Positions 15,173 through 23,705 of a stretch of DNA of 24,000 nt are shown here, piece after piece. A program made the translations under genes and the position numbers. Below the pieces are notes generated by a model. The model did no database searches, was not told the DNA's origin, and worked only from the letters and a program-made list of their open reading frames with translations. This DNA comes from an uncultured Thermoplasmatales archaeon. GTDB lineage: Archaea; Thermoplasmatota; E2; DHVEG-1. Where the stretch lies: NCBI GenBank assembly GCA_964347865.1, contig CAYGAC010000006.1, positions 6,538-30,537 on the forward strand, in the 5' to 3' direction. Positions within the stretch are counted from its first letter, which is position 1. The number at the start of each line of letters is the position of its first letter.

Positions 15173-18100
15173 TCAGTCCCAACCCGTACCAGTACACCAT
15201 CCGTATGCTTCCATCAGCGGGTAACTGTCCTCCTCCTGAGCATTTCCATCTATACCATATGGAGAATCACCAACACCGTCGATGTCAAGGTCTCCCCCGG
15301 TATAATCATTCCAGTAGTTACCCTCACCAAGTCCCTTTTTCGTCAACAAATTTCCGCCTATTTTACACCACATGTTAGGTGGGCCAAAGTCGGGAGTATG
15401 ATCATCTCGTGACTGATTTGTGAACTCATTGCCGTTATCAAAGAAATCATTATAATACACCTTATTGCTCAACGGATATGCAGGGATATTGACTCCATAA
15501 TTTGAATTGTCGGAGATGTTGTTCTGGACGATCAAATTACATTTTGCGTTATTACCAGAACATTCGATACCGTTAGTATTATCAATGATGAGGGAGAACT
15601 CGACTTTATTATCTCTAGAATTTTTAACATATATCCCTTGTTGGGTTCCATAGAAAATTTTACATGTACTGATAGTTGTGTTACTTGATTCATCGAGGTA
15701 TATGCCTTTAGTTTGAGGTATAGGTCCGGTAGGAGAACCTGATGCATCAATAGTGCATCCGAGAACATAGTTGTGATCTGATTCGTCAATATAAACAGCG
15801 TTCGTGTTTAACGAGAAATTGCAATCATTTGGATACCATTCAAGTATAGAAGGATTTCCAACCCAGTTATAAGAAGAACTGTAAATACCAACTCCGTTAA
15901 TGCATCCTTTGATTTCACAATTATCGATTACATTGTACTTAGCACCGTTACAAATTTTAATACCATCATCGGCTTTATCGATCGAGCAATCCTTAATCGT
16001 GTTATTGGTTGAATTGTCAATGTATACACCGAAAACAACTGGTCCAAGGATCGTTCCGTTCTCAATGGTAGTATTTCCAGTTCCATTTACCGTACTGACA
16101 ATATTCACACCAATCATCCCGCCTTGGATAGTGAAATTATCTATGTATACATCGTCACATTGTATATTGATACTGGTATCCCATGGCATAGGGGTCAGAA
16201 TGACTCCATCTTTGCTCTCACCATAGATTGATAATGATTTATTTACAAGGTACGGCTGGTATATCCCGTTGTAGACATAAATTGTATCGTTGTTACTGAC
16301 ATCGTTTATTCCTTCCTGTATGCTATCCCATTTATGGTTACTTGGGTCATCGGTAAATCCATCATCAACCAACGCATCGGCAACCACCATATAATTTGTT
16401 TTCGCTGTCGAATTTATCGCATTATCATCATCAATTACTGTTAAGACTACAGTGTAAAAACCGCTCTTGCTGTACGAATGAGTTGCATTTGCTGTGTATG
16501 CATAATTTCCATCGCCGAAATTCCATGTATAATTCACAATACTTCCATCGATATCATTACAGGTCTGAGTGAAACTAACGCTTTTCCCAACCACTACAAC
16601 TTTATTATTAGCACTAAAGGAAACATATGGTTTTACATTAGGTACAGCTATCACCTTTGAAACACTATCGTTGAGATTATTGGTATCCCCGACAGTTAAA
16701 TTAACGACATAATTTCCTTTATCCGAATATTTATGTATTGGATTCTTAACCTCTGAATAGGTTCCATCACCAAAGCTCCAATTCCAGCTATTGATAGTTC
16801 CCCCTGGAGATGGTGTCGATGCATCATAAAACCAGATTCTGTTCTTGTTGAAATATGAAACGTAGGTAAAATCTGCTATAGGATGACTATACCGTGTTAG
16901 ATTCACATGTTGGTATCGTGTTTCATCAATATTATGTCGATCGTCAATTATAGATATTGATGCATTGTAGGTATCATTTTCTTTATCATATGGCAGTAAT
17001 AAAATGACAAAATCACTGATGTTTCGATTTTTATATATTGTAAAGCTCTTTTCAATCTCATCAATTACGGGTTGCCCTGTTGTGACATTGTACAAACCTG
17101 CTTTAATAGTAGCCCATGAAGTAAGATTTGTGGTTACATTGTATGAAATATTCACTGAATCATTCAGACCATCTCCACTTTGATCAATTTCTTTGAAACT
17201 ACAGTTTACAAAGCTATTCTCAGGTGGTTCCAAAATTAAATATTTTGTTATGTTCAATGTAATATCTGCCGTAGCATTCAAATCATCTCGATCTATATGT
17301 TCTCTCGAATCCCCCTCCATATTATCAATACCCGTTCGATGACGGGTAATATCATGCAAAAATGGTTTCCCTATTCCCACTATTTCAAGGCCTGAATCAT
17401 TTAGTTTAGCTTTATGATGTTTTTTAGGAGTATTGTTTACATAAGCATCCCAAAATGGATTTGCATCATCAGGAACTTTACTATCTTTTGGAGGGATATA
17501 TAATCCGTAATCAGTAATGTTTTCATAATTTGTTCGTTTTGTAATGTTGTCGATTGCAAGGGCAAAAGATTTATTGGTAGCAGGTAATTCTAAAATCGAA
17601 TCTGGATTATCCCATGCTATGTAATCAAGGTTTATCATATATGATATGTTCCTATCCTTTTCATAATTTGATTGATTAAACACATGACCTTTAGAGCCAC
17701 GAACAATAGTCTCCTCTCCATCCCAAGATACAAACGTAAGATTGTATTCTGGAGTGATTTTACTCTCGTTTAACCATTTTAATATACCAAGCATTACAGC
17801 AACACCTGCAGCATTGTCAGCAGCTCCTTCTCCCCACAAATAGTCATGATGTCCTCCACTTATCATTATTGATTTTGTTTGATTCTTCCCTTCAACTTCA
17901 CAGAATACATTATATCCTTTTGCACTTTCGTTTCTTTTTTCTTTAATCCAGTATTTTGCTTCAAGATTATCGTCTTTAGCCCATTCCCAGATATCTATAT
18001 TTTCGCCATCATCCTTAGTAATCGTACCATTCATAATAAAAAATGGTTTAGATACGTATTTCGAATACATCTTATATGAGTGCTTTGTGCTAATACCTGG

Positions 18101-19243
18101 CGAAGGGGTAATCATGTAATGAGTGGTTTTATATGTTTTATTGTATAGGAAAAAACCAACATAGGGACAAAATAGTGGAGGTAAAAAACATCTCAACAAT
18201 AGAATTATAAATGTTAAACCCAAATAACGAGTACCATGTTCTTGAATTAAACCAATCATTCTATTTCCAATGCACGTTGATTTTGGAATCATTGTTAATG
18301 TTCCACTGCCATTGATTGATTCATTCTGAAAAGCGGCAATAACAATATCATGTGAATTAAGATAGGACTTAATTCTTGCCCCATCTCGAGGTGAAACTGC
18401 GACGCCAAGGATATTAATTGAAAGATTTTGAATATAGGAAGGATTTGGTGTAATAAAAATAAAACCTGTTCCATTGGATTCTATGACCTCATCTAGTTTA
18501 CTCTGGTAACAATCATCATTTTCATTTGTCTCAAATTCCAAAAGATGGATTTTTCCTGCGGTCTGGTTTTCAGTAGCTGCATGGTAGTCATCGATCATAA
18601 CGATTTCTGCCCCGAATGTACCCTCGATTGCATTGTTCAAATCGTCCATTACAGCATATAACACAGGGATTTGAAGGATATCGTCAAGAAGTGATTCTAA
18701 TGAAGTTATGTTCACCTTTTGCCATTGCGAACCACCCCAACACGATGTGACATTTACAGCGTCCTCTTTATCTAAAATTAATTTAGGCATTGGATAAAAT
18801 TCAGTTAGAGGGAGCGTAGCAGATGATGTTGAATTTCTAAGTTTTATACCGCATGAGAGAATATCTGTTTTATTATTTGCCTGACGTATCCAAGTTTGAT
18901 TATCACCTACATAATTATCGTCTCCAACAGTTTCATTATAGATATCTACGTTTAAATTTTTTGTATTCTCCTCCATCCATCTATATATCAACTCAGCGGC
19001 ATACAGGGATCCATTGCTCCCATAATATCTTCCTTTTGGTATATTATAAGTTAGATTATTATGTACTATCTTAGATAGATTATCGACGACTACATCATAT
19101 ATCCAATCATAATCCAGTTCTCCTTTATATGATCCCGATGCCTTAATCGTATTAAAATTGGGTGGTACACTCAATGTAGCTATGCACATCACTAGCGTTA
19201 TTACAAATACAATAAATTTTTTCCTCAAATTATCAACCTCCAA
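15173..19243 (-). CDS. Large secreted multidomain surface protein: signal peptide, PA-like domain, M28 Zn-aminopeptidase domain, Ig-like region, 2x PKD, right-handed beta-helix (NosD/CASH-like) C-terminal region
   Basis: 1356 aa. M28 motifs: GGHHDYLWGEGAADNAAGVAVMLGILKW and FVSWDGEETIVRGSKGH. PKD motifs: WNWSFGDGTYSEVKNPIHKYSDKGNYVVNLTV and YTWNFGDGNYAYTANATHSYSKSGFYTVVLTV. The beta-helix lead-in SIQEGINDVSNNDTIYVYNGIY...SIYGE resembles the two paralogs downstream. C-terminal DIDGVGDSPYGIDGNAQEEDSYPL. The track start at 19243 is TTG. The TTG at 19228 (MRKKFIVFVITLV...) sits 6 nt after GGAGGT and is the likelier start. Confidence 0.85.
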   Translation of the reverse strand: MEVDNLRKKFIVFVITLVMCIATLSVPPNFNTIKASGSYKGELDYDWIYDVVVDNLSKIVHNNLTYNIPKGRYYGSNGSLYAAELIYRWMEENTKNLNVDIYNETVGDDNYVGDNQTWIRQANNKTDILSCGIKLRNSTSSATLPLTEFYPMPKLILDKEDAVNVTSCWGGSQWQKVNITSLESLLDDILQIPVLYAVMDDLNNAIEGTFGAEIVMIDDYHAATENQTAGKIHLLEFETNENDDCYQSKLDEVIESNGTGFIFITPNPSYIQNLSINILGVAVSPRDGARIKSYLNSHDIVIAAFQNESINGSGTLTMIPKSTCIGNRMIGLIQEHGTRYLGLTFIILLLRCFLPPLFCPYVGFFLYNKTYKTTHYMITPSPGISTKHSYKMYSKYVSKPFFIMNGTITKDDGENIDIWEWAKDDNLEAKYWIKEKRNESAKGYNVFCEVEGKNQTKSIMISGGHHDYLWGEGAADNAAGVAVMLGILKWLNESKITPEYNLTFVSWDGEETIVRGSKGHVFNQSNYEKDRNISYMINLDYIAWDNPDSILELPATNKSFALAIDNITKRTNYENITDYGLYIPPKDSKVPDDANPFWDAYVNNTPKKHHKAKLNDSGLEIVGIGKPFLHDITRHRTGIDNMEGDSREHIDRDDLNATADITLNITKYLILEPPENSFVNCSFKEIDQSGDGLNDSVNISYNVTTNLTSWATIKAGLYNVTTGQPVIDEIEKSFTIYKNRNISDFVILLLPYDKENDTYNASISIIDDRHNIDETRYQHVNLTRYSHPIADFTYVSYFNKNRIWFYDASTPSPGGTINSWNWSFGDGTYSEVKNPIHKYSDKGNYVVNLTVGDTNNLNDSVSKVIAVPNVKPYVSFSANNKVVVVGKSVSFTQTCNDIDGSIVNYTWNFGDGNYAYTANATHSYSKSGFYTVVLTVIDDDNAINSTAKTNYMVVADALVDDGFTDDPSNHKWDSIQEGINDVSNNDTIYVYNGIYQPYLVNKSLSIYGESKDGVILTPMPWDTSINIQCDDVYIDNFTIQGGMIGVNIVSTVNGTGNTTIENGTILGPVVFGVYIDNSTNNTIKDCSIDKADDGIKICNGAKYNVIDNCEIKGCINGVGIYSSSYNWVGNPSILEWYPNDCNFSLNTNAVYIDESDHNYVLGCTIDASGSPTGPIPQTKGIYLDESSNTTISTCKIFYGTQQGIYVKNSRDNKVEFSLIIDNTNGIECSGNNAKCNLIVQNNISDNSNYGVNIPAYPLSNKVYYNDFFDNGNEFTNQSRDDHTPDFGPPNMWCKIGGNLLTKKGLGEGNYWNDYTGGDLDIDGVGDSPYGIDGNAQEEDSYPLMEAYGWCTGTGWD

Positions 19244-19255
19244 ATGTTTAACTTA

Positions 19256-19290
19256 TTATGGGTATTAATATTTTTCCCATATACCCATAA
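19256..19290. promoter_or_regulatory. Perfect 10-bp inverted repeat TTATGGGTAT-N15-ATACCCATAA just upstream of the 1356-aa gene
   Basis: Read directly. On the gene-sense strand it reads TTATGGGTATATGGGAAAAATATTAATACCCATAA, which contains the TATGGGAA core also seen at 14718 and 21049. Confidence 0.4.
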
Positions 19291-19395
19291 AATGACATAG
19301 TTGGGAGATAGTTGTTTATTTTTAACTGATGGATGGAAAGTTTAGTATAAGCCTAGGTGAATTTCAGGTAGTAAAAACCAGGATTTATAAGAAAC

Positions 19396-19490
19396 TTGGA
19401 AGGGAGGGGAAAGGAGGAAAGAAAAATAGATATATTTTTGGGATATTGTGAAAAAGATTTAGGTTTGTACAAAACCTCCCTCCATTCCAA
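19396..19490. other. Long-range inverted repeat: polypurine arm TTGGAAGGGAGGG pairs with polypyrimidine arm CCCTCCATTCCAA (12 Watson-Crick pairs, 1 mismatch), about 66-nt loop
   Basis: Pairing checked base by base (19396-19408 with 19478-19490). The purine arm continues as GGAAAGGAGGAAAGAAAAA, which resembles the reverse complement of 23500-23522. Confidence 0.4.
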
Positions 19491-19657
19491 TGTATCTTAT
19501 AAAGCTAAATATTATATAAACTTTTACCTATATACATAATTATTGTAACATCTATAACGAAAAAATGTATATTATAAGGGAATTAAAAAAAGAGAAGGAA
19601 ATGTAAGGATTTTGAATGTGGCGGTTCACAATTATTAGGATCCAATTGAAATTTAAT

Positions 19658-20974
19658 CTAAAGAAGATCTGGTACCGGTTTTGCTCTCGGAGGAAAACAA
19701 ATAATCCAGAACCATAAATCAATTCTAAAACGTGGCCATATTTTACCCATACCCTTACATTTCCAATAGTTTAAAGGAGCTATAGTGAAACTGCTAATTC
19801 CCATCATCAAATCACTTCTGTCCTTATTGATAATATTATTCATAATAAAAACATCAAAATTTGAATTAATCACTTCAATTTCTACTATATCATCACAATC
19901 TCTAATTGTGTTTTTCCAAATCCAATTAATTCCAGTTATCTTCATTTTAATTTCTCGCAATTTATTTTTACTAATATTATTATTTTTGATAATATTGAAC
20001 CAACTACTATTTAAAAGAATACCTTCACCATTGTACATAATATAATTTTTTTGGATGTCATTCAATTGACATTGTATTAAGTGGATTCCTTTTCCTGAGT
20101 TACTTAGAATTGTATTACGATTTATTGGACAATATTTTGAATTTTTCATATAGATTCCTATTTTATTTTCGTTAATATTGTTATCATTTATCTTAATCAG
20201 CTGTGATCCAATAGCTTTTATTCCTATCCTACTATTTTCAGAAATAGTATTATGATGGAAGAAGATACCATCACACTTATTTATAGCAACGCCTATATTA
20301 TTGTCTGTTATGGTATTTTGATATATTTCATTAAAATAACTATTAATAGAAATCATTATCCCAATGCTGTTATTGAAGATAATATTATGATGTATCAAAT
20401 TTAGAGCACTTTTCGAATCAATTAAAATTCCATGATAACTTTTATCTTTGTTGGAAATACTATTTCCGAAAATAGTATTCAGAGATGAATTTACTATTAT
20501 TATACCATGTTCGTTTTCAGTGATTATAATATTTCTCAAAATTTTACAATTTTTTGAATCTTCTATTGTTATTACTGCGCCGGGGAAACCAGTTCCACTA
20601 GCGTTAAGAATATTAAAATCGCTTATGATAACATCGGAGGATTTTTTTACATGAATAGTATTTTGACTGCTACCACCACAACCATCGATACATGTTGTCA
20701 GATTACTTTCTCCAACAACTGATATAGACTCCTCTACAATAAGATTTTCTTTATAGGGAGATAAATCATCAAACACAAAAAATGTATCCCCATCACTTGC
20801 ATTATCTATCGCATCCTGTATCTTTGTGTAATTATCAGGTCCAGAACCACCGACATAGAGTGTTTTACCATTAGATGAAATAGTATTGGATTGCTCTCGA
20901 ACATTAAATCCAGTAGATGATGATATACTCCCAATAAATAGAAGAATAACACCGATGGTAAGGATTCTTTTCAT
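19658..20974 (-). CDS. Secreted right-handed beta-helix repeat protein (NosD/CASH-like), a very AT-rich paralog
   Basis: 438 aa. Signal peptide MKRILTIGVILLFIGSISSS. TLYVGGSGPDNYTKIQDAIDNASDGDTFFVFDDLSPYKENLIVEESISVVGE is paralogous to the 575-aa protein. Many N.I..N....GI beta-helix rungs. It lacks the C-terminal DG.GD.PY motif. Confidence 0.8.
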   Translation of the reverse strand: MKRILTIGVILLFIGSISSSTGFNVREQSNTISSNGKTLYVGGSGPDNYTKIQDAIDNASDGDTFFVFDDLSPYKENLIVEESISVVGESNLTTCIDGCGGSSQNTIHVKKSSDVIISDFNILNASGTGFPGAVITIEDSKNCKILRNIIITENEHGIIIVNSSLNTIFGNSISNKDKSYHGILIDSKSALNLIHHNIIFNNSIGIMISINSYFNEIYQNTITDNNIGVAINKCDGIFFHHNTISENSRIGIKAIGSQLIKINDNNINENKIGIYMKNSKYCPINRNTILSNSGKGIHLIQCQLNDIQKNYIMYNGEGILLNSSWFNIIKNNNISKNKLREIKMKITGINWIWKNTIRDCDDIVEIEVINSNFDVFIMNNIINKDRSDLMMGISSFTIAPLNYWKCKGMGKIWPRFRIDLWFWIICFPPRAKPVPDLL

Positions 20975-21078
20975 TCTTCCCCCATTAATTATAATGCAGA
21001 ACTGATATATTTGTTTAACTGTTACAAAGATTAATATATCATAACGTGTATGGGAATATATAACGGGGAGGTTAGAAA

Positions 21079-22806
21079 ATGAAATACAAATTGATTGGAA
21101 TCTTTATTTGCCTGCTGTTGATCGGTACGATTCTTCCGTCTGTTTCTGGAAATGAATTAAAACAATATACATCAATTTCAACTTTAAATAATGGAAACAC
21201 ACTTTATGTGGGAGGTAGTGGTCCTGGTAACTATTCGTCTATTCAAGAGGCGATAGATGATGCAGATGATGGAGATATTGTTTTTGTCTATGATGATTCT
21301 TCGCCTTATTATGAAAATATTGTGGTTTACAAATCAATAAGTCTGATTGGTGAAAATAGAACCACAACAATAATTGATGCTAGTAATATCGGAACTGTTG
21401 TTAATATTACTGCTAATTGGGTGAACATCAGTGGATTTACAATACGAAAAAGTGGGAATATTTCTTATGCTTCAGGAATTAAAGTATACTCCCATAACAA
21501 CACTATTAAACAAAATCTCATCGTAGGGAACAGATTGGGGATATATTTTGGGTGGTATGCTAACTTTGATAATAATAGGGTTTTAAACAATACCATAAAA
21601 TCAAATACTAATTATGGAATCTATGCTACTCCACAACCATTTTCCTACCGTTGTAAAAATCTTACTATTGTAGGAAACGAAATTACATATAACGGAGGTG
21701 CGGGTATATGGATGTTTTTATGTACCTACAGTAATATTTCCTATAATGTGCTGAGTAATAATGAAGAAGGTCTTAATATGCAATGGCAATCCAACAATTC
21801 CCTCATAGCAAACAATATTATAACCGATAATAGGTTCTATGGGTTTTGGCTTGTTTATACCTATAGATGCACCGTTCGAAATAATTATTTCGAAAATAAT
21901 GGATGGGAAGCTATATGTATTTATCAACATGAAGAGTATCCTGAACCGTCCAATCACTCAATTTACCACAATAACATAATTGAATATGGGCAAGCATGTT
22001 ATGATGATGGTACAAGCTGGTGGGATGACGGGTATCCAACTGGCGGCAATTATTACCTACATTATTCGGGGGAAGATAAGTATCATGGACCAAATCAGAA
22101 CATACCTGGACCTGATGGCATAGGAGATACACCGTATACTATCCCTGATGCCAATAATAAGGATTATTATCCCTTGATGGGACCATGGGGTAAACCCCCC
22201 TTAACCCCGTTGGCTCCTGATGGGCCAGAAGAAGGGGAAAATGGTGTCGAATATACATTTACTGCAACAACAACAAATCCTGAAGAAGAGCAGATATGGT
22301 ATCTCTTTGACTGGGGTGATGGTACGAATAGCAGCTGGGTAGGACCATACAATTCTGGAGAAATAGGTAGTGCGTCTAAGATATGGAATGAGGGAGGAGA
22401 TTTTCAAGTAAAAGTAAAAGCTAGAGATGTTTGGTATAGAAAAAGTAACTGGTCAGATCCACATATAATTTCCATTATTCCAGTACCAGAACTTGAACTA
22501 GGATTCATACGCGGTGGTTTATTAAAAGTAAGTGCACCAATCAAGAATATTGGTATAGCCGATGCCCCTAGTGTAGAATGGAGTATCTCACTCGATGGTG
22601 GTGCATTCATTGGTAAAGAAACCACGGGTACAGAGTCCATTTCTTCTGGTGGAGAAATAACGGTAACTTCAAAATTCATATTTGGATGGGGAGCGACAAT
22701 GGTAACCGTTACAGCTGATGTCCACAAAGGAGTTTCAGATAAAAGACGTCTTAATGGTTTTATCTATCTATTTTTTATACACGTCAATCCTGGTGGGATT
22801 ATCTAA
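21079..22806 (+). CDS. Secreted right-handed beta-helix repeat protein (NosD/CASH-like) + PKD-like domain + C-terminal beta-sandwich domain
   Basis: 575 aa. Signal peptide MKYKLIGIFICLLLIGTILPSVSG. TLYVGGSGPGNYSSIQEAIDDADDGDIVFVYDDSSPYYENIVVYKSISLIGE. Beta-helix rungs. DGIGDTPYTIPDANNKDYYPLM. PKD-like YTFTATTTNPEEEQIWYLFDWGDGTNSSW...FQVKVKARD. The C-terminal domain is shared with ORF 956..1399. Confidence 0.85.
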   Translation: MKYKLIGIFICLLLIGTILPSVSGNELKQYTSISTLNNGNTLYVGGSGPGNYSSIQEAIDDADDGDIVFVYDDSSPYYENIVVYKSISLIGENRTTTIIDASNIGTVVNITANWVNISGFTIRKSGNISYASGIKVYSHNNTIKQNLIVGNRLGIYFGWYANFDNNRVLNNTIKSNTNYGIYATPQPFSYRCKNLTIVGNEITYNGGAGIWMFLCTYSNISYNVLSNNEEGLNMQWQSNNSLIANNIITDNRFYGFWLVYTYRCTVRNNYFENNGWEAICIYQHEEYPEPSNHSIYHNNIIEYGQACYDDGTSWWDDGYPTGGNYYLHYSGEDKYHGPNQNIPGPDGIGDTPYTIPDANNKDYYPLMGPWGKPPLTPLAPDGPEEGENGVEYTFTATTTNPEEEQIWYLFDWGDGTNSSWVGPYNSGEIGSASKIWNEGGDFQVKVKARDVWYRKSNWSDPHIISIIPVPELELGFIRGGLLKVSAPIKNIGIADAPSVEWSISLDGGAFIGKETTGTESISSGGEITVTSKFIFGWGATMVTVTADVHKGVSDKRRLNGFIYLFFIHVNPGGII

Positions 22807-22929
22807 ACTCAAGCATAGAAAAAACATTCACTCCTTTTACTTTAGAAGATCAGTAAATCCGATGAAATAGTCTTGTTGAAAAGTTTTATATACTCAAGGA
22901 TTTATGAGGATTTATTGGGAGGTTAGAAA

Positions 22930-23391
22930 ATGAAAAAATATTTGTTTAGTAGAATTTTAGCAATAGGGATTGTCATCCTATTTGCCGGGGCAAGTACTGT
23001 AACAAGTATTGGTGTTGAGAATATTAATGATTCATCTGAAGAAATTTCAGAACGTTATAACTATAAGAGTGATGGAAAAATACATATTTACTTTTTCGTT
23101 GATTTTAAAATAACAGTCCATGAAACGATATTTTGTAGTCGTTTGACTTTTGATATTCAAGGCAGGGAATTTGTACCATTTTTTAATGCATTTAGATTGA
23201 GTCCTTCATGGGGAAAGGTAGTTGATATAACAGTTGAAAAAAGTTTTGGACAACCATTAGAATTTTCTCTTGATGATATTGTATTTATACTTGCTTTTAG
23301 GTTAAATAATGTTGTTACTAATTTGCCTAGATTTTGGAGTGCATCTAATGGTTATATTGAGGGGCGTGCATCATTTATCATATTTTTCTAG
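22930..23391 (+). CDS. Small secreted/anchored hypothetical protein (153 aa)
   Basis: N-terminal signal or anchor MKKYLFSRILAIGIVILFAGAST. Its translation-initiation region is identical over 19 nt to that of the 575-aa gene. Confidence 0.6.
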   Translation: MKKYLFSRILAIGIVILFAGASTVTSIGVENINDSSEEISERYNYKSDGKIHIYFFVDFKITVHETIFCSRLTFDIQGREFVPFFNAFRLSPSWGKVVDITVEKSFGQPLEFSLDDIVFILAFRLNNVVTNLPRFWSASNGYIEGRASFIIFF

Positions 23392-23583
23392 TAAACGGTG
23401 AATTGATTATTACAGCATTGTTTAAATAAATATACGACATAATAATTTGTGGAAAGGGGAAGATAAAGTATTGAGCCTTAGATCTTTTTAAGGTCTATAT
23501 TTTTTCCTTTCTTCCTCCTTCCAAATTTTACCCAGCAGTCTAAAAAAGGTTAATTTTATTAACCATAACAACTATGAAGTATG

Positions 23584-23646
23584 GGGGTCAATATTTTTTT
23601 GAAGATGATTCCTTATCATTTCATCTTCCTCCCTATGATTGACCCC
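23584..23646. other. Two-tier hairpin: outer stem GGGGTCAAT/ATTGACCCC (9 bp), inner stem GAAGATGA/TCATCTTC (8 bp), 12-nt apical loop
   Basis: Pairing checked base by base. Internal loop of 8 x 9 nt. Lies between the 153-aa gene and the NYN remnant. Confidence 0.45.
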
Positions 23647-23705
23647 TTTTACAATATATTTATAAACCCTATCTTAGTTTAATTCTTGAGGGAGGCAGAA
23701 AGAGT

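Noticed and set aside
1046-22727. Many ORFs in the supplied track that lie antisense to or nested in longer genes. Examples: 1046..1318, 1874..2110, 2378..2569, 5187..5381, 5334..5633, 5778..6065, 6174..6471, 6487..6958, 7193..7611, 8359..8577, 9303..9691, 9765..10094, 11714..11935, 13166..13348, 13888..14329, 15127..15378, 15532..16660, 17879..18079, 18853..19074, 19785..20654 and 21718..22727.
   Set aside because: They are shadow ORFs of well-supported genes on the opposite strand or in another frame. Their translations are low-complexity or hydrophobic, with no recognisable motifs and no good initiation context.
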